A DNA stretch of 40,265 bases. Source: Pseudanabaena sp. (GTDB lineage Bacteria; Cyanobacteriota; Cyanobacteriia; Pseudanabaenales; Pseudanabaenaceae). Position 1 is the stretch's first letter. Each line of letters opens with the position of its first letter. A program made the translations under genes and the position numbers. The stretch is taken from NCBI GenBank assembly GCA_043755885.1, contig JAYUSC010000582.1:1-40265 (forward strand). Reading direction: 5' to 3'. Positions 18,248-27,411 of this stretch are shown in pieces. The notes below the pieces were generated by a model, which was given only the letters and a program-made list of their open reading frames with translations, did not search any database and was not told where the DNA came from.

Positions 18248-19021
18248 CTATAACACATCAGCAAAGTGAGGGCGAACACGCTGGAAAAAGATTATACCCA
18301 AGAACAATAATACTAGAGTAACAATCCAAAATACTAAAGTTTCTATTGGGCGCTGCCAAAAAGGTATAGCATCGAACAGGCTGTCACGGTATCCAGTAAC
18401 AATATAAGCAAAGGGACTATAGAGAAGAAAACTGAATTTTGAGTTGGCAATTAAATCGTTTCTCCAAAATATAGGTGTAGCCCAAAACAAGGATTGGAGA
18501 ATAACTGCGACAACACTACCAACGTCTCTGGTAAATACCTGAGCAGATGCGGTGAGATAATTGATGCCTAGAGTAAGAATTGCTGCACATAGAAAGTAAT
18601 ATGGCAATTGCAACCAATAGACAAAGGAGCCAGTACCTTGCAATGCCATTACTAGCATAAAAAGAAACATTAAGAAAAGATGAACTGGCATGGCGGAGAC
18701 AACCTTTACCATTACCAGTAAACTCAATGGAAACCGAATTTTTGTAACCAAATGGGGGTTTTCTGTGATCGAATTGATTCCTGTAGAGAGTATTTCTAGT
18801 ACAAATGACCAAACTAACATCCCAGAAATTAGCCAGCTAACATAGGATGCATTCCCAACAGATCCTCCCGCTTTTAACCCGTAAATCATCACAAAGTATA
18901 TTAGAGCAGTATTGATCAAAGGAGAAATAATTGCCCATACACTTCCGAGTAAAGTACCGAGGTAACGCTTTCTAATGTCCATTCTCGACATTTGGATTAG
19001 AAGTAAAACATTAGATTCCAT
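18248..19021 (-). CDS. wzm: Polysaccharide ABC exporter permease
   Basis: RYLGTLLGSVWAIISPL, LVTKIRFP, RDVG and FWATPIFW motifs; about six hydrophobic segments; adjacent to wzt. Confidence 0.93.
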   Translation of the reverse strand: MESNVLLLIQMSRMDIRKRYLGTLLGSVWAIISPLINTALIYFVMIYGLKAGGSVGNASYVSWLISGMLVWSFVLEILSTGINSITENPHLVTKIRFPLSLLVMVKVVSAMPVHLFLMFLFMLVMALQGTGSFVYWLQLPYYFLCAAILTLGINYLTASAQVFTRDVGSVVAVILQSLFWATPIFWRNDLIANSKFSFLLYSPFAYIVTGYRDSLFDAIPFWQRPIETLVFWIVTLVLLFLGIIFFQRVRPHFADVL

Positions 19022-19169
19022 GGTTGACTAAATTAAATTGAAATTAAATTGGTTTTTTGTTATGAAGTTGCGATTTGTATTATGCAAACGAATATACTGA
19101 CCCACTAAGTGTACAGCCTGTTGCGACTGATTGGATTACAAGATTTTTTTTTCAAGTCTTGTAATCCAG

Positions 19170-20432
19170 TCAGTCCATATCTTGAAAGATTTCATCATAA
19201 AAGTTCCATACACGTTCAGAAAAGTCTCGCTGATTGGCGCGCTTTTTAATTGTTAGCCAATTAACTTCTGCTGCGTTGTCTACTAGATAATCATCAGATA
19301 ATGCTGATCTCAAGCGATCGGCAATGACAGCAACATTGTCGGGTGGAATGAGATAACCGCCCACGTTGTCATCAAACCATTCATTACAACATGAGGTGTT
19401 AGTTTGGATAGGGAAAGCTCCCATAGCCATTGCTTCAAGCGCTGATGTACTAATGGCATCAGATACACTAACACCAAGATAAACCCGTGATCGGGCAAAC
19501 ATTCTTAGCATTTGATCATGTGGTGCATAAGGCAGAATCGTTATATTTTTGATCGCTGTGTAGTTCATTATTTCGTCGGCGCGGGCGATCGCTTCTGAGG
19601 AAGGTGAAAATATAACCACATGAAAATTTTTTGCCAAGTCACTACAACGCTCTAAAGCGTCCAATGCTGTTAATACACGTCCAGCAAAGTGCTGATAGCC
19701 TTTTATCATGATTAACTTGCGACGTGAAGGAGGTGTCATTTCTCGCAATGGATGTATTTCGGCAAGGTCAAAACCACCAGTATTTGGCATCACGGGCATC
19801 ACTTTGGAGGTCATGCCAAGCTCCTTTGCTAGAGTTACATCACGCTCACACTCACATGAGTAGTAATCAATGTTACGCAGTAATTCCACTATTTGTAAAC
19901 GATGGTCATCGAACTGGCGATAATAGTAAATATCGCTTCCCCAGTTTGTAGCTAGCCAAGGTGGGAAATCTGATTGACAATATTTTTTAGCCTCCAATAC
20001 GTTATACCCACAATGCTGAAATTCCATAGAATGAATCAGATCTGGTTTTAATTTGCGTATCAAATCAGCCAAAACTTTTGGACTATGAAGCAACGGAACT
20101 GGTGTTTGAGATTCACCAATTGTCAAGGAAATCTTGTTAAGTGCTGCATTGATTTTGGATAAAACTGGTATCGGATAAATTGACTTGTAACGAATCCCAT
20201 TTTTATTTTTATTTGTCTTAAAACTTAAAGGATTAGACAAAAATTTCAATATGTCCTTCTTTTTTATCTGTATAAGTGGGTTGTGAACTGTGACAGATCT
20301 CAGCATTGGAAGGACAGGATAATGGTTGACTGGAAACAGATGAAGTTCCCATTCTTGATCTGCGATACTGTTAATCCACCTACAAGCGTGAGGACTATTT
20401 TGCATTGCGACAAATAAAATCTTTTTAGTCAT
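19170..20432 (-). CDS. Glycosyltransferase family 4-like
   Basis: WGSD and SDAISTSALEAMAMGAFP motifs; same subfamily layout as 9064-10467. Confidence 0.85.
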   Translation of the reverse strand: MTKKILFVAMQNSPHACRWINSIADQEWELHLFPVNHYPVLPMLRSVTVHNPLIQIKKKDILKFLSNPLSFKTNKNKNGIRYKSIYPIPVLSKINAALNKISLTIGESQTPVPLLHSPKVLADLIRKLKPDLIHSMEFQHCGYNVLEAKKYCQSDFPPWLATNWGSDIYYYRQFDDHRLQIVELLRNIDYYSCECERDVTLAKELGMTSKVMPVMPNTGGFDLAEIHPLREMTPPSRRKLIMIKGYQHFAGRVLTALDALERCSDLAKNFHVVIFSPSSEAIARADEIMNYTAIKNITILPYAPHDQMLRMFARSRVYLGVSVSDAISTSALEAMAMGAFPIQTNTSCCNEWFDDNVGGYLIPPDNVAVIADRLRSALSDDYLVDNAAEVNWLTIKKRANQRDFSERVWNFYDEIFQDMD

Positions 20433-20524
20433 ATATTTTTACTGGAAATCAACCCGTTACAGACCTTTGAGTTTAATTGTGGTACAAGGAATTTTACCTT
20501 GGTGTAAAGCACTACAAGGTACTA

Positions 20525-21751
20525 CTATATCAAGTTAGATAATTTCTTAGATATGGATTGAAGACTAAACAAGTCTTTAAAATCTGGGTTATGCCATGGA
20601 TCTTGACAACCATTTAATACATAATCAATCGAACTCTCTAAGATCTTTTCAATACTTTGAATGTCATGAGGACTAGCAGTCCAGCAACCCAGACCATCTA
20701 AAATCTCCCGTGACCCTCCAGTATTAGCAATCCCCACTATTGGCGTGTTCGCTCCCATATAGTCTGCTAATTTACTCGGAACAAAAAGGTTTAAATCGGT
20801 ATCTGCTTCTATGAGTAACAATATATCTGCATCATACATTAACTCTAAAGATTTAAGATAATCAACAGGCGGAAGGTAACGCACTAATCCTTGAGGTAAA
20901 GACTGTGATGTTTTACTTTCCAAAATAGCTGGTTCGACTTTTCCGATTAACTCAATGACGAATGCCTCTTGTAAATCAATCCGATGCACAAGAAGTTGCA
21001 ATACTGCTTGAAATAATGATTCTGGGCTACGGCGACCAAAAAGAGTGCCAACAAAACGAAGTGTAACAAGAGTATTATTAGCTTTTGGTCGTTTTGGGTA
21101 AAGTTCTACATCAAAAAAATGAGGGATTAAAGAAGCTTTACTGCGATCAAAGTATTTATGTCTATTTAGAATCACTTCAAGCGTAAATTTAGAGCTGTGA
21201 GTAATTAAATCCACTACTGCAAGCATTTTAGGCTCATACCACTCATTCCAAAGTATTCTAAACCAGTCTTTTTCTAAAGGATTGCCAGCCCAAGGATCAC
21301 AGAAATGAGCAATCCATCTAATTTTTGGTCTATTCTTTTTCACTCGCAACATCACCTTATTGATGGAATGAAACGGAGAAAAAGTGATTACAGCTTCATA
21401 ATCTTCAAGATTTAACGACATAATATTGTTGTAAGCAGAATTTTCCAATATTGTCATAATATCTGCTGTAAACCAGTTTAAATCTCTGTTACGCCATTTA
21501 CGATTACTGGGTGAAATATAATGTATGTTGTCACTATATGTTTTTACATATGGTACTAGGCTATTATCTGATGGGATAAAAGGCAAGAAATTTTCAGCAG
21601 CAAGCACATCGACAGCAAAATTCTGGAACTTAAGTGCTGCTACCATACGGGCGACAACTGGGGTCATTTGCACCTGCATTGGTGGAAAAGCATAGCTAAA
21701 AACTAGTATGCGCTTAGCTTTCGCTCCAGAAAAATTTTGATTTAACTGCAT
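20525..21751 (-). CDS. Glycosyltransferase (GT-B fold, GT4-like)
   Basis: SYAFPP, DPW, GTLFGRRSP and PSKLADY motifs. Confidence 0.82.
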   Translation of the reverse strand: MQLNQNFSGAKAKRILVFSYAFPPMQVQMTPVVARMVAALKFQNFAVDVLAAENFLPFIPSDNSLVPYVKTYSDNIHYISPSNRKWRNRDLNWFTADIMTILENSAYNNIMSLNLEDYEAVITFSPFHSINKVMLRVKKNRPKIRWIAHFCDPWAGNPLEKDWFRILWNEWYEPKMLAVVDLITHSSKFTLEVILNRHKYFDRSKASLIPHFFDVELYPKRPKANNTLVTLRFVGTLFGRRSPESLFQAVLQLLVHRIDLQEAFVIELIGKVEPAILESKTSQSLPQGLVRYLPPVDYLKSLELMYDADILLLIEADTDLNLFVPSKLADYMGANTPIVGIANTGGSREILDGLGCWTASPHDIQSIEKILESSIDYVLNGCQDPWHNPDFKDLFSLQSISKKLSNLI

Positions 21752-21757
21752 TGTTAT

Positions 21758-23464
21758 TTAGTTTAACCTCCATAGACCTAGACATTTATCGGTAAATAGA
21801 TCATCGCCTTCGGTACAGCCTTCATTGATATATCGATCTGGTTTTGGTAGGTTGTAGGGATATTTTTCCAGATTCAGTGGTCTCCAAATATTACCCTCAT
21901 AAAGATCGATATTATTGTCTCTTGCGGTAAATGTTGTTGTGAGCAACCATTTTGCGCCACTTTTACGGAATTGTTCAATAGCAGTTAATCCGTCCGCAAA
22001 GCTTAGATGCACTAGACAGTCTCGACAAAGAATCAAATCGGCTTTTGGTATTGTTCCAGTGATGATATTTATATATTCAAATTTACATTTTTCATTGCCG
22101 TAGACTTTGTTATTCTGCTCGATCAGCATTGGGACAATATCACCGCCAGTGTAGTGGAAATTTGTGATATCGACATGATTCATCCAAGTCCAGTCTCCGC
22201 AAGGAACATCAAGGATATGCTTGATGTCTAGATCGTTTAACAACTTGGGAATTTCTTCACGGATGATCCGAGTTTGGAATAGACCAGAGCCTCCACCAGA
22301 AAGTGATTCGGTTCCTTCAAATCCATTATTTTTGTAGATGTCCTCAAAATTTAAGGAGGCTGTTTTTATTTGCGCTTCTTGAGGTTGAGTATTTTGCTGT
22401 GTTGAGATTAGAACCTGTTGAATGCGATCGCGCCAACCTCTCAAGGCTATCCAAGCCTTGGGGGATAATATTCTCCGAGCCATAATTTTGAGAGGATTTT
22501 GTGTGTATAAAGGGACAGCAAGATGATTTGTGGGTTTGTTTTTCTGTTGGCAAGCAATGGGGTAATCATGTACGGTAAGTTGATGGATTGCTTGCCATAA
22601 TATTTCTGGTTCGGCTCTTTGCGCTTCACAATGAATTAACTGTTTGGCAACGATTAGCACTGCATTGGCGAAGTTGCGATCGCGCATTTGTTGACCTAGA
22701 GCTAGAAATGATTCAACACTTTCACGCCATGTAAAGTGAGCAGACATATATTGTGGTGAGAGTAAAGGGATGTGTTCTTCAAAAAAACGCTCAATCTCTT
22801 CAATATGTCCAAGCACTAAGCTCCCTTGTTCTGGATGTGAACGAGCTTTCAATAGTACGTCTGGTATTTCAACAAAAGGATACTTCAATCCAATTTTCAC
22901 TAATAAGTCGTAGTCTTGTGTGGTTGGTAAATCTTCACGAAATTTGCCGTTCTCAATATATAAAGATTTAGGAGCTAAAATAGTACAGCAATGTAACCAC
23001 TGACTGAGGATGAGGTGGTATGCAGCTTGATGTGGTGGAAAGCTATAGGGTTTGGGTGAACCATGGAGATATTTGCCCTCAGGGCTAATAACATCATAGT
23101 CGCAAAATACGACAGCGTTACGCTCAGGAAAAGAAAGTAATTTCTCCATCTCTTTCGCTACTTTCTCAGGAAGGTAAATGTCATCATGAGAAAGCCAACA
23201 GAAATATTCCCCTTTGGATTTTTCTAAAGCCAGATTTAAAGCCGAAGCTACTCCTCCATTAGGCTTAGAAAAATATCGGATGCGATCGCCATAAGATCGG
23301 CCAATTTCTTCGGTTGCCCCCCCATCCCTAGAGCCATCATTAACGACCAATACCTCAACATTTGGGTATGTTTGTGCCAAAACGCTGTCAATAGCTTCAC
23401 GCATATAATTTGCGCCATTGTAGACGGGAATAGCAACAGATACTAAGTTTGATATGTCTTTCAC
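21758..23464 (-). CDS. Fusion of GT2 glycosyltransferase and class I SAM methyltransferase
   Basis: N-terminal IPVYNG, NDGSRD, WLSHDD and QDYD; C-terminal ESLSGGGS, ILDVPCGD and DLILCRDCLVHL. Confidence 0.88.
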   Translation of the reverse strand: MKDISNLVSVAIPVYNGANYMREAIDSVLAQTYPNVEVLVVNDGSRDGGATEEIGRSYGDRIRYFSKPNGGVASALNLALEKSKGEYFCWLSHDDIYLPEKVAKEMEKLLSFPERNAVVFCDYDVISPEGKYLHGSPKPYSFPPHQAAYHLILSQWLHCCTILAPKSLYIENGKFREDLPTTQDYDLLVKIGLKYPFVEIPDVLLKARSHPEQGSLVLGHIEEIERFFEEHIPLLSPQYMSAHFTWRESVESFLALGQQMRDRNFANAVLIVAKQLIHCEAQRAEPEILWQAIHQLTVHDYPIACQQKNKPTNHLAVPLYTQNPLKIMARRILSPKAWIALRGWRDRIQQVLISTQQNTQPQEAQIKTASLNFEDIYKNNGFEGTESLSGGGSGLFQTRIIREEIPKLLNDLDIKHILDVPCGDWTWMNHVDITNFHYTGGDIVPMLIEQNNKVYGNEKCKFEYINIITGTIPKADLILCRDCLVHLSFADGLTAIEQFRKSGAKWLLTTTFTARDNNIDLYEGNIWRPLNLEKYPYNLPKPDRYINEGCTEGDDLFTDKCLGLWRLN

Positions 23465-23513
23465 TGTTTGTTTAGTTTGAGTCTCTTGAATTAAAGTAAA
23501 AAATTAGGTCCGC

Positions 23514-25421
23514 CTATCGAGGCTTATTAGTTCTCGTAAGCACATATAGATAATAAACGTTTGGTACGTATTCTATTTTCTCAACGATCAAGCCAGAAGG
23601 TGGAGCCTTATCTAAGTCATAATAGCTTCGATGAGTTACTGGATTCATCTTATGCGTTATTTTATCGTAAACAATGTAGTCCACATTCTTACGAAGTGCC
23701 CAATCAAATATATCTTCGCCTTTTTCGATTCTATATTCTTCTCCAACAGATCCTTGTGGATTATAAGGAATAAATGACTTAAGAATGTGACTGGGTAAAA
23801 ATTCGCTAGAATATGCCAAAAGAAAAACACGTACATCAGATCTGTAATCAGATGAAAGTCTCTTAGCACGATCCAAAAGAGGGTTTGCCCCATTCACTCC
23901 CTGCAAAGCCGAAACAAACGGCAGTGTTACAGCTCGATACGCAGCGTATGCATAATCGATATGAAATGTTAGGATCACGAGAGACGCGCCCAGAGTTGCA
24001 ACTGCCCACATTCGTTTTTTTGTAAGCCATTGCTCATAGCCAAATACCAGTATCAAACAGGGCAGCAATAAAGCTGGCATAAAATATCTAGGAGCGATAA
24101 CCGACGGTCTCAATATGCTCCAAGCTAGTATTGCAGCGATTCCACCCAAACTTAGATATAGAGCTTTTCGACCAGTTTCAGATTGCCACGGGCGCATCCA
24201 GAGACTAGGAATTAACATCAACCAAATAGCTGACACTCCACCATGCTGCATTGGATAAAGACCAAAGGTTAATGCTAACGGATAAGTTGTGAGAATCCAA
24301 CTGGTGTTGTCTGGATTAAACCAAACTTGTTCTAGAGGAAACTTTGGTGTACTTGGCAAAAAGCTAAATACGGGTGCTAAAGGATCTCCAAACAAGAAAT
24401 AGTTCTTTGCCCACCATCCTAAAGCAAACGCACAGCAAGATGCAAAACAGACATTTGTAACAATGTGAAAAATAAGCTTTGGATGTTTGCGCCATAGCAA
24501 CAATAGGGGGATACCCAGACAAAATGGAAAAATGAGTACATAAGAAAATTTAGCCATGATTGCGCAAGCAGCCATAAAACCAAACAACCACAATAATTTT
24601 TTATCCAATGCTTTGGAGAGCAAGCCTGGTATCCATAAAATTGCTGTCAATGCATACATTAGACCAACTAGATCGGTTTTGCCATCCCAAGCAACTAAAG
24701 TGATTGCAGTACTAGTAGCACCCAACACCACAAAAATCCAAGCAGCATCCACGACGATCCCAATGCCTCTTGCCATCAGCCAAAGCAATGAGAGAACTGC
24801 TACAAATACTGGCCATATCGATAACTTAGCAGCAACAAGACCAATTGTGTCGCCGCCAAGTGAATACATAGCAGCGTAAGGCATTTCTGCGATCGCTGGA
24901 AGAACAGCAAAATTTTCATAGCTTGAGAGAAGCGTATATTTACCCGTAGCTGCAATTAGTTTAGGTTGAGCCATGTAGTAGGCTAGAGCATCCGTGCCAG
25001 GGAATGAAAAGGCAAGCAGAGCAGTCAGAATTACCAATACTCCCAATCCAAAGATCAGAATCTGAGTCAGGCGACTTTTGGGGATTGGGTTGTTGTCTCG
25101 CCAATTCAGCTTAGGGAAGCCATTAATTCTCCAGTTTGCCAAAATAACTGAACTTAGAATTGGCAACAGGATATACCATCGCAACATGCCAGCAACTGCA
25201 ACTAATTGAATAACAATCCCTAAGCTTGCGTGTCCCAGTACATACGAAGGTACAAGACCATTTTGCTTAGGGAATTTTTTTAATAATAAATAGCCAGTAC
25301 TCCAAGCAGCAAAAACATAAAGTGCCGCCAAGAAGATACTAGGTATCAAAATCGAACAAAACTTGAAGAATTCACCAGACATTAAAACTAAGCCAAATGG
25401 AAGGTTAAAAGATGTAATCAC
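23514..25421 (-). CDS. Polytopic membrane protein, GT-C/ArnT-like; probably the 3' part of a frameshifted gene
   Basis: Many hydrophobic segments, with GTDALAYY, GKTD, AKFS, KNYFLFGDPLAP and PRYFMP motifs typical of GT-C proteins. Confidence 0.72.
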   Translation of the reverse strand: MITSFNLPFGLVLMSGEFFKFCSILIPSIFLAALYVFAAWSTGYLLLKKFPKQNGLVPSYVLGHASLGIVIQLVAVAGMLRWYILLPILSSVILANWRINGFPKLNWRDNNPIPKSRLTQILIFGLGVLVILTALLAFSFPGTDALAYYMAQPKLIAATGKYTLLSSYENFAVLPAIAEMPYAAMYSLGGDTIGLVAAKLSIWPVFVAVLSLLWLMARGIGIVVDAAWIFVVLGATSTAITLVAWDGKTDLVGLMYALTAILWIPGLLSKALDKKLLWLFGFMAACAIMAKFSYVLIFPFCLGIPLLLLWRKHPKLIFHIVTNVCFASCCAFALGWWAKNYFLFGDPLAPVFSFLPSTPKFPLEQVWFNPDNTSWILTTYPLALTFGLYPMQHGGVSAIWLMLIPSLWMRPWQSETGRKALYLSLGGIAAILAWSILRPSVIAPRYFMPALLLPCLILVFGYEQWLTKKRMWAVATLGASLVILTFHIDYAYAAYRAVTLPFVSALQGVNGANPLLDRAKRLSSDYRSDVRVFLLAYSSEFLPSHILKSFIPYNPQGSVGEEYRIEKGEDIFDWALRKNVDYIVYDKITHKMNPVTHRSYYDLDKAPPSGLIVEKIEYVPNVYYLYVLTRTNKPR

Positions 25422-25599
25422 GATAAAAGATAGACCTCACAAACGATTTTAACCATTCTGGTGGAATAAACCAATTATCTAACGTTAGGAATGGTAACGA
25501 TCCCCACGTAAAGCCCAATAGTAAAACCAACCATATACAGTAACTAATAAATGGTAGTAAACGAAAAAAACGTTTAGTATTTCTCAAAAAGTTAGACAT
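25405..25599 (-). CDS. 64-aa hydrophobic ORF, probably the detached N-terminus of the GT-C-like gene
   Basis: The ATG lies 8 bp after the upstream stop; one TM segment; overlaps the next ORF in another frame. Confidence 0.55.
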   Translation of the reverse strand: MSNFLRNTKRFFRLLPFISYCIWLVLLLGFTWGSLPFLTLDNWFIPPEWLKSFVRSIFYRDYIF

Positions 25600-25606
25600 T
25601 TTACTT

Positions 25607-26680
25607 CTATTTAATAGTATCTTCAATAACTGGAATTTTTGTTTCATTGTCAAGTTCATGAGTTTTTGAAGATGTTCTAAATTTTAGTGGAAGTCCACTG
25701 TAGACCAGACAAAAGCTGCCAATCAATGCTGTACCTCCAAGTAGTACTATATGCAGCATAAAAGCAAATGGTAAGACTGTTGCCCCCCGATGCCCCAAAA
25801 ATTGCAAGCCAGTCACCATGGCTAGCTCAAATGTACCAATTTGTCCAGGTAGAGCAGGGATAAGGCTGGAAAACAATGAAAAAAGCATTAATATAGCAGC
25901 ATCAAAACCTACTAGAGGCAGACTGAAAGCATTCGCTACAAACAAGACTATACCGATCTCCAAAATCCAGATTCCCACTGTGGAAGCAAAGAAAACGATC
26001 ATGACAATGGGCTTATGAAAGTTTTGAATGCCAAGAATAAACTCAGTGGTATAAACCTGCAAACGATTTGCTAGGTTTGGTATGCGTGATGCTAATGGGC
26101 GGAGTAGTCGCCACACAGTTCTTTCTCCCGCAATTCCCAGAGCAATTAGGATGATGATGCTCATTACGGTCACCACCGCCAAAACAGTCGCTCCTTGGCG
26201 CAGCCAGTCTGGTAAGGGGCTGGTAATTGTTGCCAAGGATAGAACTAGAATAATCGCGGCCATGTCTAGTACACGTTCAATGAATACTGTTGCCAAAATA
26301 TGACTACGAGACAAAGTGACTTGACTGCTCAGGGTATAAATACGAACTAAATCTCCTGCACGTGCTGGTAAAACATTGTTTGCTAAATATCCGATCATTA
26401 GCGCCGAAAAGACTGACCAATAACTCGTTGTCTTTGGGCTTGCGCCAAGAAGCGATCGCCAACGAACTGCACGCAATAGCATATTGCTTAGAACAAGCGG
26501 CAGACAGGCAATCAGAATTAATGGATCTGCATTGCGAACCTCTTGCCACATTTTCACAACATGTTGATCGGAGAGGAGCCAAACTAAAACTGCAATACCT
26601 AACAGGCTACCAGCTAGATATTTCCACGGCAGTCTGCGTCTTGATCCTGCATTTTTGACTATATACTCTGTTTTGCTCAT
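25607..26680 (-). CDS. LPG-synthase TM-region / UPF0104 flippase-like membrane protein
   Basis: LRAVRWRSLL, GYLANNVLPARAGDLVR, ERVLD and PALPGQIGTFE motifs. Confidence 0.88.
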   Translation of the reverse strand: MSKTEYIVKNAGSRRRLPWKYLAGSLLGIAVLVWLLSDQHVVKMWQEVRNADPLILIACLPLVLSNMLLRAVRWRSLLGASPKTTSYWSVFSALMIGYLANNVLPARAGDLVRIYTLSSQVTLSRSHILATVFIERVLDMAAIILVLSLATITSPLPDWLRQGATVLAVVTVMSIIILIALGIAGERTVWRLLRPLASRIPNLANRLQVYTTEFILGIQNFHKPIVMIVFFASTVGIWILEIGIVLFVANAFSLPLVGFDAAILMLFSLFSSLIPALPGQIGTFELAMVTGLQFLGHRGATVLPFAFMLHIVLLGGTALIGSFCLVYSGLPLKFRTSSKTHELDNETKIPVIEDTIK

Positions 26681-26691
26681 CTTTAATATTT

Positions 26692-27345
26692 TTAATTTCG
26701 CAATAAACGCGCAGGGTTACCAACCATCGTTGAGCCTGTCGGCGCATCTCCGATCAAAACTGCTCCCATGCCTAGTAGCACTTCATCGCCTAAATGAGTA
26801 TACTCACGAATGCATGAGCCGCCACCAAGATAACATGAGCGACCGATAGAGACAGAACCAGAAACAGTAACGCTAGCCGCAAAAGTTGAGTAATTATGGA
26901 CATGCGTATCGTGTCCGAGAACGCAGTTAGGTAACATCATGACGTGATCACCTATATGTACGTTAGAACAGATTGTGCAATTAGCAAGCACGACGCTGCC
27001 GCACCCAATGGTAGCAGATGACGAAATAACTGCTGTTGGATGAATTATTGTCGCAAAACGGGTGCGATCAAGCCCAAGTCGTTCAATCATTGCTTGTTTA
27101 CTGCGGTAACTGCGAGGGCTGCCAATGCCATTTACAAAAAGAGCGTGGGGTATTTCTTTTGCGATCGCAAGTGTCCCGAGAACAGGAAAGCCACAAATTT
27201 CAATCCCCTGTCGTGAGGGGTCGTCGTCGAGGAAACCCAGAATCTCGTATGTTTGTGAACTTTCTTGTTTGTTTGAAGCCAATACTGCATCAATAATATC
27301 AAGGCAGTTTCCGATAGCACCAAGAATGATGAGCGGTGAATTCAT
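26692..27345 (-). CDS. NeuD/PglD-family sugar acetyltransferase
   Basis: GFLDDD, IIHPTA, hexapeptide repeats, GHD and VGNPAR. Confidence 0.9.
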   Translation of the reverse strand: MNSPLIILGAIGNCLDIIDAVLASNKQESSQTYEILGFLDDDPSRQGIEICGFPVLGTLAIAKEIPHALFVNGIGSPRSYRSKQAMIERLGLDRTRFATIIHPTAVISSSATIGCGSVVLANCTICSNVHIGDHVMMLPNCVLGHDTHVHNYSTFAASVTVSGSVSIGRSCYLGGGSCIREYTHLGDEVLLGMGAVLIGDAPTGSTMVGNPARLLRN

Positions 27346-27411
27346 GACTAAAATGTATTTTCAAAGAAACTATGCTTACCGAATATTTTCACATTTACTG
27401 CATTGAGATTA

